Shown in pieces: positions 27,086 to 34,864 of a stretch of 64,000 nt of DNA. The DNA lies in assembly GCA_038915165.1 (NCBI GenBank), contig JBCLDE010000001.1:6234-70233 (forward strand), given 5' to 3'. Origin of the DNA: Candidatus Limnocylindrales bacterium. Lineage in GTDB: Bacteria > Chloroflexota > Limnocylindria > Limnocylindrales > CSP1-4. Position 1 is the first letter of the stretch. Every line of letters begins with the position of its first letter. Below the pieces are notes generated by a model. It had not been told where the DNA came from, did not search any database, and saw only the letters and a program-made list of their open reading frames with translations. The translations under genes and the position numbers were made by a program.

Positions 27086-27769
27086 CTACTGCGACTGGGT
27101 CGACTGGTGATGGGCCTGGCTGCGGACATGGAGGATCCGCTGGATGACGGTGATGGTGGCACCCACGGCGATGACGGCGAGGGCCGCCGTCAGGGTCCCG
27201 CCCTGCGGGTCGCAGGGACCAGCGCACGCGGTGCCCGCCGGGACGGCTTCGTAGATCGGCACCGGGGCAAGGATCAGCCCCAGGCAGAGGATGACCAGGC
27301 GAACCTCGCGCGGCATGACGCCCACGGCGGCCATCCCGGTCCCGGCGGTGAACCCGAGCCCCTCCGACTTGGCGCGCGTGTAGCTGACCATGAACGCCGC
27401 GCCCATCGCCGCCGCGGCGAGGATGGCTCCCTCAACGAAGCCGGCGAAGGCACAGCCGGCGATGATCCCGACGTAGACCAGCATCTCGCCCCAACGATCG
27501 AAGATAGAGTCCATGAACGCGCCGAGCCTGCTGACCTTGCCGATCGCTCGGGCCAGGGTCCCATCGAACATATCGAAGACGCCGCCGATCAAGACGACGA
27601 GGCCGCCGACGAGCCAGAGCTGCTGCGATACAAGGACGGCCCCGACCGCGGTGATCGCGAAGCCGATGAGCGTCAGGGCGTCAGGCGTCAGGCCGAGCCG
27701 ACCCATGCCGAGCGCGATCGGCTCGAAGGCCTTCTTGACGCGTGTGCGGGAGTCGTTGGAGATCGTCAT
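27086..27769 (-). CDS. CDP-alcohol phosphatidyltransferase (phosphatidylinositol-phosphate synthase-like)
   Basis: The signature D(x)2DG(x)2AR(x)8G(x)3D(x)3D is seen as [31 protein letters not shown]. The gene is adjacent to ino1 and a pimA-like gene. Confidence 0.85.
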   Translation of the reverse strand: MTISNDSRTRVKKAFEPIALGMGRLGLTPDALTLIGFAITAVGAVLVSQQLWLVGGLVVLIGGVFDMFDGTLARAIGKVSRLGAFMDSIFDRWGEMLVYVGIIAGCAFAGFVEGAILAAAAMGAAFMVSYTRAKSEGLGFTAGTGMAAVGVMPREVRLVILCLGLILAPVPIYEAVPAGTACAGPCDPQGGTLTAALAVIAVGATITVIQRILHVRSQAHHQSTQSQ

Positions 27770-27772
27770 CGG

Positions 27773-28018
27773 CTAGATGGCGAAGCCGAGGACGGCCCGT
27801 TCGCGAGCGGCGAACTCGGCGAAGGCCTCTCCGCGCAGGCGACAGACCGTTTCGCGGCCCTGACGGCGAGTCTCGACGACGCCGGCTGCCCGCAGGCGAC
27901 CGAGGTGCCACGAGACGAGCGGCTGGGAGAGCCCGACGTGGGCCGTGAGCTCTGCGACAGTGGCCTCGCCACCGGCCAGGCTACGCACGATGCGCAGCCG
28001 ATTGACGTCGGCCATCAC
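27773..28018 (-). CDS. ArsR/SmtB-family HTH transcriptional regulator, first gene of the inositol-lipid operon
   Basis: The 81-aa product reads RLRIVRSLAGGEATVAELTAHVGLSQPLVSWHLGRLRAAGVVETRRQGRETVCRL, a winged-HTH ArsR pattern. Confidence 0.8.
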   Translation of the reverse strand: MMADVNRLRIVRSLAGGEATVAELTAHVGLSQPLVSWHLGRLRAAGVVETRRQGRETVCRLRGEAFAEFAARERAVLGFAI

Positions 28019-28135
28019 CTTGTGGAAGAACCGAAGTTGGCGCAGGTCTTCCGGTTGGACGACGGCCGCGGCGATCGTGCCACGGACTCGTGCTCGCGAG
28101 GGGGACAGGGCAGTCAGGCTCCGATGGTGGTGGTC

Positions 28136-28171
28136 GCATCAACCACGATTTATATCAATCGCCGTTGATGC
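28136..28171. promoter_or_regulatory. 36-bp nested palindrome in the arsR/MFS divergent intergenic region (candidate operator)
   Basis: The element reads GCATCAAC-ca-CGATT-tatatc-AATCG-cc-GTTGATGC. The outer 8-bp arms (28136..28143 / 28164..28171) and the inner 5-bp arms are exact complements. The core is AT-rich in a GC-rich spacer. Confidence 0.4.
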
Positions 28172-28255
28172 TAAGACGTCCCGCCACCGGATGTCAAGCG
28201 ATGGACGCCCGACAGTCATGGACGCCCGCGGTCGGACAGTCGATACACTCCCCGG

Positions 28256-29983
28256 ATGGACCGTCGTTCGGCGCTCGTGCTGCTCGTCGTCTTCGGGACA
28301 GGCGTGTTTCTGGCGGGCCTCGAGTTGATGGTCACCGCCGTCGCGCTGCCGTCCATCCTGGCCGACCTTGCCGATCCGAGCGGCACCTCGGCGTGGGTCG
28401 AGCTGCGCAAGGCCAGCTGGATCATCAATGGCTACCTCCTGGTCTACATCCTGACGATGCCGCTCGCGGGCCGGCTGGCCGACCTGTGGGGTGCGCGCCG
28501 GCTGTTCATGGGGGCGCTCGTCGTGTTCACCGTCGGTTCGGCGCTTGCCGGCGCCGCGCAGACCCTCGACCAGCTGATCGCCGCCCGGCTGGTCCAGGCG
28601 GTCGGAGGCGGGGTGCTGGTCCCGGTCGGTACGGCGGCCGCGTCGCACTTGTTCGAGGGCGCGGCGCGTCCCCGGGCGCTCGGTGTCATCGGCGCCCTGA
28701 CCTTCCTCGGGATGGCCGCGGGGCCGGTCGTCGGTGCGGCGATCCTGGCGTCCGTCCACGCCGAGGGTGCCCTCGCGGCCGCCGATAGCAACGGCTCGCT
28801 CGCCGCGATCCTTGCGCCCGCGTGGCGGTGGGTCTTCTACGTGAACATCCCGATCGGGATCGTCGCGTTGACCCTGGCCTGGGCCGCCTCGCCCGATTGG
28901 GAGACGCCGCGCCGTCCCGGGCGGGTGGATCTTGTGGGCGCCGCCCTGTTCGGGCTCGCTCTCCTTGTCGGCCTGCTGGGGTTGACCCTGCTTGGCAGCA
29001 CGGAGGTGGCCGGTACTGCTGTCGAGCCCGCAGTCGTGACCGTCGGACTCCTCGGCGTGGCGGCGGTCGCCTCGATCAGTGCCGTCGTGCGCGGGCTGCG
29101 CGTTGACGATCCCTTCCTGGACCCGCGGCTTTTCCGGAGCGTGCCGTTCAGTTCCGCGGCCCTCGTCTCGCTGCTGACCGGGTACGCCTTCGCGACCGCC
29201 ATCATCGGAGGCGCCGTCTTCGTCGATCGCGTCCTTTACGGTGGGCCGGACGAGCAACGGTTGGCACTCGGCGCACTGGCCGGGGCGACCGCACTCGGCG
29301 CGCTTCTCTCGGGCTTCATCGTGCGGGTCGTACCGCTCCAGCTGGTCACGCTGGCCGGCCTGGCCCTGAGCGTCGGCGGGCTGCTGGCGATGGCTACCTG
29401 GACGTCGGGCGTCGGGGTGCAGACGGTCGCACTAGCGCTCGGTGTGTTCGGCTTCGGATTCGGGCTGACCGTGACCCCGCGGTCCACGGCTGCCGTCGAG
29501 GCCGCCGGTCGGCGATCGTTCGGCGTCGCCTCGGCCGTCGTGACGGTCGCCCGGATGATCGGCATGGCGAGCGGCCTCGCCATCCTGACCGCCTACGGCT
29601 CGACGACGATCGACCGCCTGGCGGCCCAGGTCTACGCGACGCCCGACGCCTACCTCCAGTTCATCCCCGAGTCACTGCGCGATCGACCGCTGCGCGACCC
29701 GTTGGTCGTCGGTGCCCTCGAGGAGTGGGCGTCGCGCGAGGCGGCCGAGATCATGGTCGGGTTGTTCGTGGTCGCCGCCATCGTGACGGCAGCGGCCGTG
29801 CCGCCGGGCCTCGCGCTTGGCGGCAGGCGCGGGAACCGGGCGGGTATGCTGCGCGATGGACCGGCCGCGACGGACGCGGCGGAGGGGACCACCGCGAGAG
29901 GACCGGACGCCGATGGCCGCGACTCATCCGAACCCGGGTCTCGCGCTCTGATGCGCGGGTCGCCCCCCAGGGTGAGCCCGTGA
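28256..29983 (+). CDS. MFS transporter, DHA2 (EmrB/QacA-like, 14-TMS type)
   Basis: The product reads LELMVTAVALPSILADL...NGYLLVYILTMPLAGRLADLWGARRLF...LIAARLVQAVGGGVLVP. It has about 14 hydrophobic segments and a long C-terminal tail. Confidence 0.85.
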   Translation: MDRRSALVLLVVFGTGVFLAGLELMVTAVALPSILADLADPSGTSAWVELRKASWIINGYLLVYILTMPLAGRLADLWGARRLFMGALVVFTVGSALAGAAQTLDQLIAARLVQAVGGGVLVPVGTAAASHLFEGAARPRALGVIGALTFLGMAAGPVVGAAILASVHAEGALAAADSNGSLAAILAPAWRWVFYVNIPIGIVALTLAWAASPDWETPRRPGRVDLVGAALFGLALLVGLLGLTLLGSTEVAGTAVEPAVVTVGLLGVAAVASISAVVRGLRVDDPFLDPRLFRSVPFSSAALVSLLTGYAFATAIIGGAVFVDRVLYGGPDEQRLALGALAGATALGALLSGFIVRVVPLQLVTLAGLALSVGGLLAMATWTSGVGVQTVALALGVFGFGFGLTVTPRSTAAVEAAGRRSFGVASAVVTVARMIGMASGLAILTAYGSTTIDRLAAQVYATPDAYLQFIPESLRDRPLRDPLVVGALEEWASREAAEIMVGLFVVAAIVTAAAVPPGLALGGRRGNRAGMLRDGPAATDAAEGTTARGPDADGRDSSEPGSRALMRGSPPRVSP

Positions 29984-30006
29984 CGCCCCAGGGTGAGCCC
30001 GTGACG
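29965..30006. repeat. perfect 21-bp tandem duplication (ccccagggtgagcccgtgacg x2) spanning the MFS stop / corA start junction
   Basis: The copies lie at 29965..29985 and 29986..30006. Each contains GTGA, so each provides a candidate GTG start. The first also carries the MFS TGA stop at 29981..29983. Confidence 0.95.
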
Positions 30007-31008
30007 AGGCAGCGGGCCCCCTCCCGGAGCGGCCAGCCTGGAACGATCCGGATCGCGGCGTTTGAGGGCGACAGCATCCTCGAATACGAAGGCCCGACGG
30101 CGCTGGCGCGCCTTCCGGATCTGCTCCGCCAGCCCGACGCCTCGATCTGGGTCGACCTCACGGCGCCGAACGAAGACCAGGTCCAGCAGATCGGTGTGGC
30201 CCTCGCCCTCCATCCACTCATCATCGAAGACGTCCTCGAGGGTAACCAGCGGGCGAAGATCGAGGCCACCGACGGCGTCATCCACATCGTCCTGTTCACG
30301 CTGACCTCGGGCGACCAGGTCCTGGCGTCCGAACTGGACATCGTCCTTGGACTCGGCTTCCTGCTGACTGTTCACGACGGGCCGTGGGATCCTCGGGCGA
30401 CCCACCACCTCCACGGCGGGGTCGCTCCGCTCCTCAAGCGGGGGCCGGACCACCTGCTCTGGGCGCTGGCCGACGACATCGTGGACGGTTACTTCCCATT
30501 CGCCGACGCCATCGGCGACGCCATCGACGACGTACAGGACGAGGTGGTCCGAAAGGCGACCCGAGACACGCTGGAACGCCTCTTCACGCTCAAGCGCGAG
30601 CTCATCCAGGTGCGCCGGGCCATCAGCCCTGTTCGCGAGGTCTTCAACCAGCTGACCAACCGCGACGAGGCGCTCATCGATGCGAATGAGGTCATCTATT
30701 TCCGCGACATCTACGACCACATCATCCGCTTGACCGATGAGCTCGACAATTACCGGGAGCTGGCCTCCGCGACGCTCGACGTCTACCTGACGCAGGTCAA
30801 CAACAACCTTTCGGTGATCATGAAACGCCTCACCGGGGTGACCGTCATCGTCGCCGGCATCGGCGCGATCGCCGGCATCTTCGGGATGAGCGAGGCCGGG
30901 TCGGCCATCGCCGGCGGCGCGGCCGTCGGGTTCTGGGCCGTCACTGTGTTGACCGTCGCGCTGGCCGTCGGAGCCGTGATCGTCCTGCGCAGGATCGACT
31001 GGATCTGA
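29980..31008 (+). CDS. corA: CorA-family divalent cation transporter with GMS in place of the GMN motif (start GTG 29980 or 30001)
   Basis: The cytoplasmic domain carries HPLIIEDVLEGNQRAKIE. The coiled stalk reads YFRDIYDHIIRLTDELDNYRE...NNNLSVIMKRLTGVTVI. The pore loop is IAGIFGMSE (atg agc at about 30866..30871), followed by a final TM. Confidence 0.8.
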   Translation: MTPQGEPVTRQRAPSRSGQPGTIRIAAFEGDSILEYEGPTALARLPDLLRQPDASIWVDLTAPNEDQVQQIGVALALHPLIIEDVLEGNQRAKIEATDGVIHIVLFTLTSGDQVLASELDIVLGLGFLLTVHDGPWDPRATHHLHGGVAPLLKRGPDHLLWALADDIVDGYFPFADAIGDAIDDVQDEVVRKATRDTLERLFTLKRELIQVRRAISPVREVFNQLTNRDEALIDANEVIYFRDIYDHIIRLTDELDNYRELASATLDVYLTQVNNNLSVIMKRLTGVTVIVAGIGAIAGIFGMSEAGSAIAGGAAVGFWAVTVLTVALAVGAVIVLRRIDWI

Positions 31009-31039
31009 CGCACTGCACAGCCGGCGCGAACCGCCGCCA

Positions 31040-31921
31040 CTATCCCCGGTCCGCCGCCACGTGCTCCATCGCCGTGGCCAGTGCCGACAGGGCCCGGGCG
31101 GCCTCCCGGGGTGAACCAAGGTGCACGTCGGCCGCGCTGCGCACCTCATCCGGCATGCCGTGGGGCCCGGTGACCGCAACGGCCAGTCCGCCCATCCTGC
31201 CCGCCGCGCGCGCCGCCCGGAGTGCGACGAACGCGTCCGCATCGCTCACGTCATCGCCGAAGGCGACCACCGTGGCGGGCCGAAGTTCGGTCAGCAGGAG
31301 CTCGAGCGCCTCGCGTTTGCCGCCGGCCGTACGGGGACGGAGGTCGACGACGAGCCGCCCGCGGTAGTGGACCAGGTCGTGCGGTGGCAGGTCCCTGTCG
31401 ACCGTCTCGATGGCGGCCTGGACCTGGGCGCGTGCGGTCGCGGAATCAGGCGCCTGGCGCACGTGGAATGCGACGGACGGCCCCTTGCGCTCCACGAAGA
31501 GCCAGGCCGGACGGCCCAATAGCTCTGGCACGCGAGTGGCGAGCGCCGCCGCCGTGTCTACGGACGCCGCATGGCCGGTCCGGACCGTCGTCACGATCCC
31601 GTTCGCTCGCCCACCGCGTGGGTAGGTGCCCGACTGCAGGCCGTGGTCGCCGAGGTAGGTGATGCCGCCCACCCTGACCCGCGCCGCGACGTCCGCCACC
31701 GTCCGGCCGGTCAGGATGGCGATCGTCAGGTGTTCGGGGCGGGAGTCGGCGATGCGGGCCAGGCGTCGCAAGGCCCGCTGGGCCAGCGGCACGATGACCG
31801 CCGCCCCGGGGTCGCGCGAACCCACGGCGAGGGTCCCGTCGAAGTCGGCCACGACGAGCAGGCGCCCCGGCCGGTCGGCAAGCCCGGCGATGCCGGCCAG
31901 CGTCGTTGCGCGGCGGGTCAA
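31040..31921 (-). CDS. HAD-IIB phosphatase, trehalose-6-phosphate phosphatase-like (TTG start overlapping upstream stop as TTGA)
   Basis: LLVVADFDGTL (motif I), ILTGRT (motif II) and VVAFGDDVSDADAF (motif IV) are present. Confidence 0.65.
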   Translation of the reverse strand: MTRRATTLAGIAGLADRPGRLLVVADFDGTLAVGSRDPGAAVIVPLAQRALRRLARIADSRPEHLTIAILTGRTVADVAARVRVGGITYLGDHGLQSGTYPRGGRANGIVTTVRTGHAASVDTAAALATRVPELLGRPAWLFVERKGPSVAFHVRQAPDSATARAQVQAAIETVDRDLPPHDLVHYRGRLVVDLRPRTAGGKREALELLLTELRPATVVAFGDDVSDADAFVALRAARAAGRMGGLAVAVTGPHGMPDEVRSAADVHLGSPREAARALSALATAMEHVAADRG

Positions 31922-32586
31922 GGCGTGACGTCGATCCCCGGCATGATCGTGCGCAGTCCGGCGGCCATGACGTCCGGCCCGATGCCCCCGAGTGCCCCGT
32001 CCCGGACGATCCCCTCGGCATCGATCCAGAAGTGGATCGGCAGGGCGATGGCGTCCCACCTTTTCGACACCTGTCCGTCCACGTCGAGGCCCATCGGGAA
32101 GGTGACGTTGAGTTTCTGGGCAAAGGTCGCGACCGTGCCTTCTTCCTCCTTGACGTCGACCGCGATGACGACCAGCCCGTGGTCCGCGTAGCGAACGGCG
32201 AAGCCGTTCATCAGTGGGAACTCGTCCTGGCACGACGGGCACCAGGTCGCCATGAAGTTGATCCAGACCGGCTTGCCCCGGAGCGCGGCGAGGTCGATCG
32301 TGCCGCCCCCGACCTGCGGCACGACGAGGGCGGGCGCCGGCTCACCGACATGGAAGAGCCCGGCCCTGCCGCTCGGTGCGCTCGGTGCGGGCGATGCGCT
32401 CGATGGCACGGAGGGTGCCGCGGTTGATCCTCCCGGTGTCGAGCCGGCTGGAGCGAGGGAGAAGGACGACGGTGCGTTCGAGGGTACCGGCGGCTCCGGG
32501 GCGAACGCCAGGATGCCAACGAGGATCCCGAACGCGACGGCGACACCGACGACGAGGCCGGCGACGATAGAGAGACGAGGCCACAT
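31918..32586 (-). CDS. membrane-anchored TlpA/ResA-like thiol-disulfide oxidoreductase
   Basis: An N-terminal TM helix and a Pro/Ser linker are followed by LRGKPVWINFMATWCPSCQDEFPLM, a WCxxC redoxin motif. Confidence 0.8.
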   Translation of the reverse strand: MWPRLSIVAGLVVGVAVAFGILVGILAFAPEPPVPSNAPSSFSLAPAGSTPGGSTAAPSVPSSASPAPSAPSGRAGLFHVGEPAPALVVPQVGGGTIDLAALRGKPVWINFMATWCPSCQDEFPLMNGFAVRYADHGLVVIAVDVKEEEGTVATFAQKLNVTFPMGLDVDGQVSKRWDAIALPIHFWIDAEGIVRDGALGGIGPDVMAAGLRTIMPGIDVTP

Positions 32587-32654
32587 GTCCCGGAGCGTAC
32601 CAGTACCTGTGGCCGACGGCCTTCGCGTGCGGCCGCTGCTACGATGCCGCTCCC

Positions 32655-33389
32655 ATGGGCGACCTCGCGGAGCGGATGCGTACCAGACTCCTTCCGGCGA
32701 TCGTGACCGCGCTGGGTGTCGTACTCCTTGCGGGTGGCCTGCTGTCCATCGCCGCGCCGGTGACGGCCGATCCGTTGTCGAGCCCGGCGCCCACCGCCGT
32801 CGCGCTCGTGCCGTCCGAGCGCCCGCGCATCACGCTCCCACCGCCGTCATCCGCGGGACCGGTCGCCAGTCCGTCGATCCCGGCCGACCGTGTCGCGACC
32901 CGCGTCCGGATCTGGGAGCTCGGGATCGACCTGCCGGTCTTGCCGCCGGGCGGCCCGGACGATTACCCGCTGTGTGACGTCGCGCAGTACTTCCGCCACC
33001 CCAGTCTCGGGCAACCGGGGATGGGTCGGGCGACCTATCTGTACGCCCATGCCCGCGATGGGATGTTCGGGCCGATCCTCGAAGCCTCGAAGGTCCAGGA
33101 CGGCAACAAGATGCGCGGGATGGTCGTCGAGGTCTGGACGAGCGACGACCAGCGCTTCCTGTACGAGATCACGGAGGTCCGCCGCCACGTTCCCTTCGAC
33201 GACGTGTGGTTCGACGATCCGATGGCCGCGCCCGAGGAGGAGCTCTGGCTGCAGACCTCGGAAGGCCCCGCGGTCCCGAAGGGCCAGCCACCGAATCCGA
33301 AGCTCCAGGTTGTGGCGATGCCGCTCTCACAGGAGCCCGCTGACCACGCGGACGCCCACCCGGTCGCGAAACCGGTGGACTGCGGCTAG
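32655..33389 (+). CDS. membrane-anchored sortase-like protein with Ser at the expected catalytic Cys position
   Basis: The TM anchor is LLPAIVTALGVVLLAGGLL. The rest follows a sortase-like layout: RIWELGIDLPVLPPG, YLYAHARDGMFGPI (His), GMVVEVWTSDDQRFLYEITEV, and ELWLQTSEGP where sortases have L.TC.P. The call is by pattern only. Confidence 0.4.
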   Translation: MGDLAERMRTRLLPAIVTALGVVLLAGGLLSIAAPVTADPLSSPAPTAVALVPSERPRITLPPPSSAGPVASPSIPADRVATRVRIWELGIDLPVLPPGGPDDYPLCDVAQYFRHPSLGQPGMGRATYLYAHARDGMFGPILEASKVQDGNKMRGMVVEVWTSDDQRFLYEITEVRRHVPFDDVWFDDPMAAPEEELWLQTSEGPAVPKGQPPNPKLQVVAMPLSQEPADHADAHPVAKPVDCG

Positions 33390-34864
33390 GTCCCGCTCAC
33401 GGTCGTGATGGCCGCGGCCGCTGTCGCGGCCGCGTCGAGCAGGCCACCGGGGAACAGACCCAGCACGATCGTCAGCACGGCCGCCGCGGCGAGCCCGCCC
33501 CACATCAACGCGCCGTGCTTCGGCGCCGGCGCATCGCTGGCCGAATCGCGCATGAACATGTAGACGATGACCCGCAGGTAGTAGAACGCGGCGATCGCCG
33601 CATTGAGGACGACGATGACGGCCAGGATCGTCAGCGGGCCCCCGACCTGCACGGCCGCCAGGATGATGTTGGCCTTGGCGAAGAAGCCGGCCGTCGGCGG
33701 TATCCCGGTCAGTGACAACAGGAAGAGTGTCATGAGCACGCCCAACCACGGTTCGCGCCGGCCGAGCCCAGCGAACGTGGTCAGGCCGGAAGTGACGCCG
33801 ACCCGCTTCTGGAGTGCGGCGATGACCGCGAACGCGCCGAGGTTCATGAACGCGTAGGCGACACCGTAGAAGAGCAGCGCCTCGATGCCCGCGGACTGCT
33901 CCGGTGGGCCGGCGGCCCAGGCCGCCAGGCCGACCAGCATGTAGCCGGTATGGGCGATGGAGCTGTAGGCCAGCATCCGCTTGACGTTGTCCTGGGTCAG
34001 GGCGACGAGATTGCCGAGGGTCATCGTCACCGTCGCAAGCACGATCATGACCGGTAGCCAGAACTCGGCCAGCGGCCCCAGCGCCCCCACGAACAGGCGC
34101 AGGATCAGGGCGAAGGCGCCGACCTTGGGCAAGACCGACAGGTAGCCGGTGATGGGCGTCGGCGAGCCCTGGTAGGCGTCTGGCGTCCAGTAATGGAACG
34201 GCACGGCGGCGATCTTGAATGCGACGCCCGTCGTCAGGAAGGCGAGGCCCATCGCGAGGCCGGGCGAGAGCGGCGCCGTACCGGCGACCACCGCGGCCAG
34301 CGCCTGGGCGATGCCGTCGACGCGCGTCGTGCCGGTCAGGCCCCAGACGAAGGCGAGGCCGAACAGGAAGATCGCGGAGCTGAAGGAACCCAGCAGGAAG
34401 TACTTGATCGCGCCCTCGGTCGAATACGAGTCGGTCTTGTGGAAGCCGGCCAACAGGTAGCCGGGCAACACCATCAACTCCAGTCCGAGGAACAGCAGCA
34501 ACAGGTCTGTCGAGCCGGCGATGAGCATCGCGCCGGTCATCGCGAAGACGAGGAGGGCCGCGAACTCGGCCACCGGCAGCCCACGCGGCAGCAGGTAGTC
34601 CGGTCCGAATACGATGGTCATCGCGATGATGACGATGAACAGGACGTCGAGGAACGTCGTCAGCGCGTCGGCTCTGTAGACGCCATCGAACGCCGTCCCG
34701 CTGACCATGATGGTCAGGCCCGCGGTGATGGCCAGGCCGATGAGCGAGGTGCCCACCGCCAGCGTGCTGGAGCCGGGCCGGATCATATCGACGATGAGGA
34801 TCGCGGCTGCCGTGAGGACGCCCGCGATGAGCGGGCTGATGACGACCAGGTCCTGCCAGCTCAA
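33386..34864 (-). CDS. nuoN: NADH-quinone oxidoreductase subunit N (antiporter-like)
   Basis: The 492-aa polytopic protein reads FKIAAVPFHYWTPDAYQGSPTPITGYLSVLPK...MLAYSSIAHTGYML. TTGA overlap with nuoM. Confidence 0.9.
   Translation of the reverse strand: MSWQDLVVISPLIAGVLTAAAILIVDMIRPGSSTLAVGTSLIGLAITAGLTIMVSGTAFDGVYRADALTTFLDVLFIVIIAMTIVFGPDYLLPRGLPVAEFAALLVFAMTGAMLIAGSTDLLLLFLGLELMVLPGYLLAGFHKTDSYSTEGAIKYFLLGSFSSAIFLFGLAFVWGLTGTTRVDGIAQALAAVVAGTAPLSPGLAMGLAFLTTGVAFKIAAVPFHYWTPDAYQGSPTPITGYLSVLPKVGAFALILRLFVGALGPLAEFWLPVMIVLATVTMTLGNLVALTQDNVKRMLAYSSIAHTGYMLVGLAAWAAGPPEQSAGIEALLFYGVAYAFMNLGAFAVIAALQKRVGVTSGLTTFAGLGRREPWLGVLMTLFLLSLTGIPPTAGFFAKANIILAAVQVGGPLTILAVIVVLNAAIAAFYYLRVIVYMFMRDSASDAPAPKHGALMWGGLAAAAVLTIVLGLFPGGLLDAAATAAAAITTVSGT

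Noticed and set aside
25627-27147. 506-aa plus-strand ORF antisense to ino1
   Set aside because: It is featureless and acidic/basic. ino1 on the minus strand is near-consensus.
28139-29257. 372-aa minus-strand ORF antisense to the MFS transporter
   Set aside because: It is highly charged with no hydrophobic segments or motifs. The sense strand encodes a typical 14-TMS MFS.
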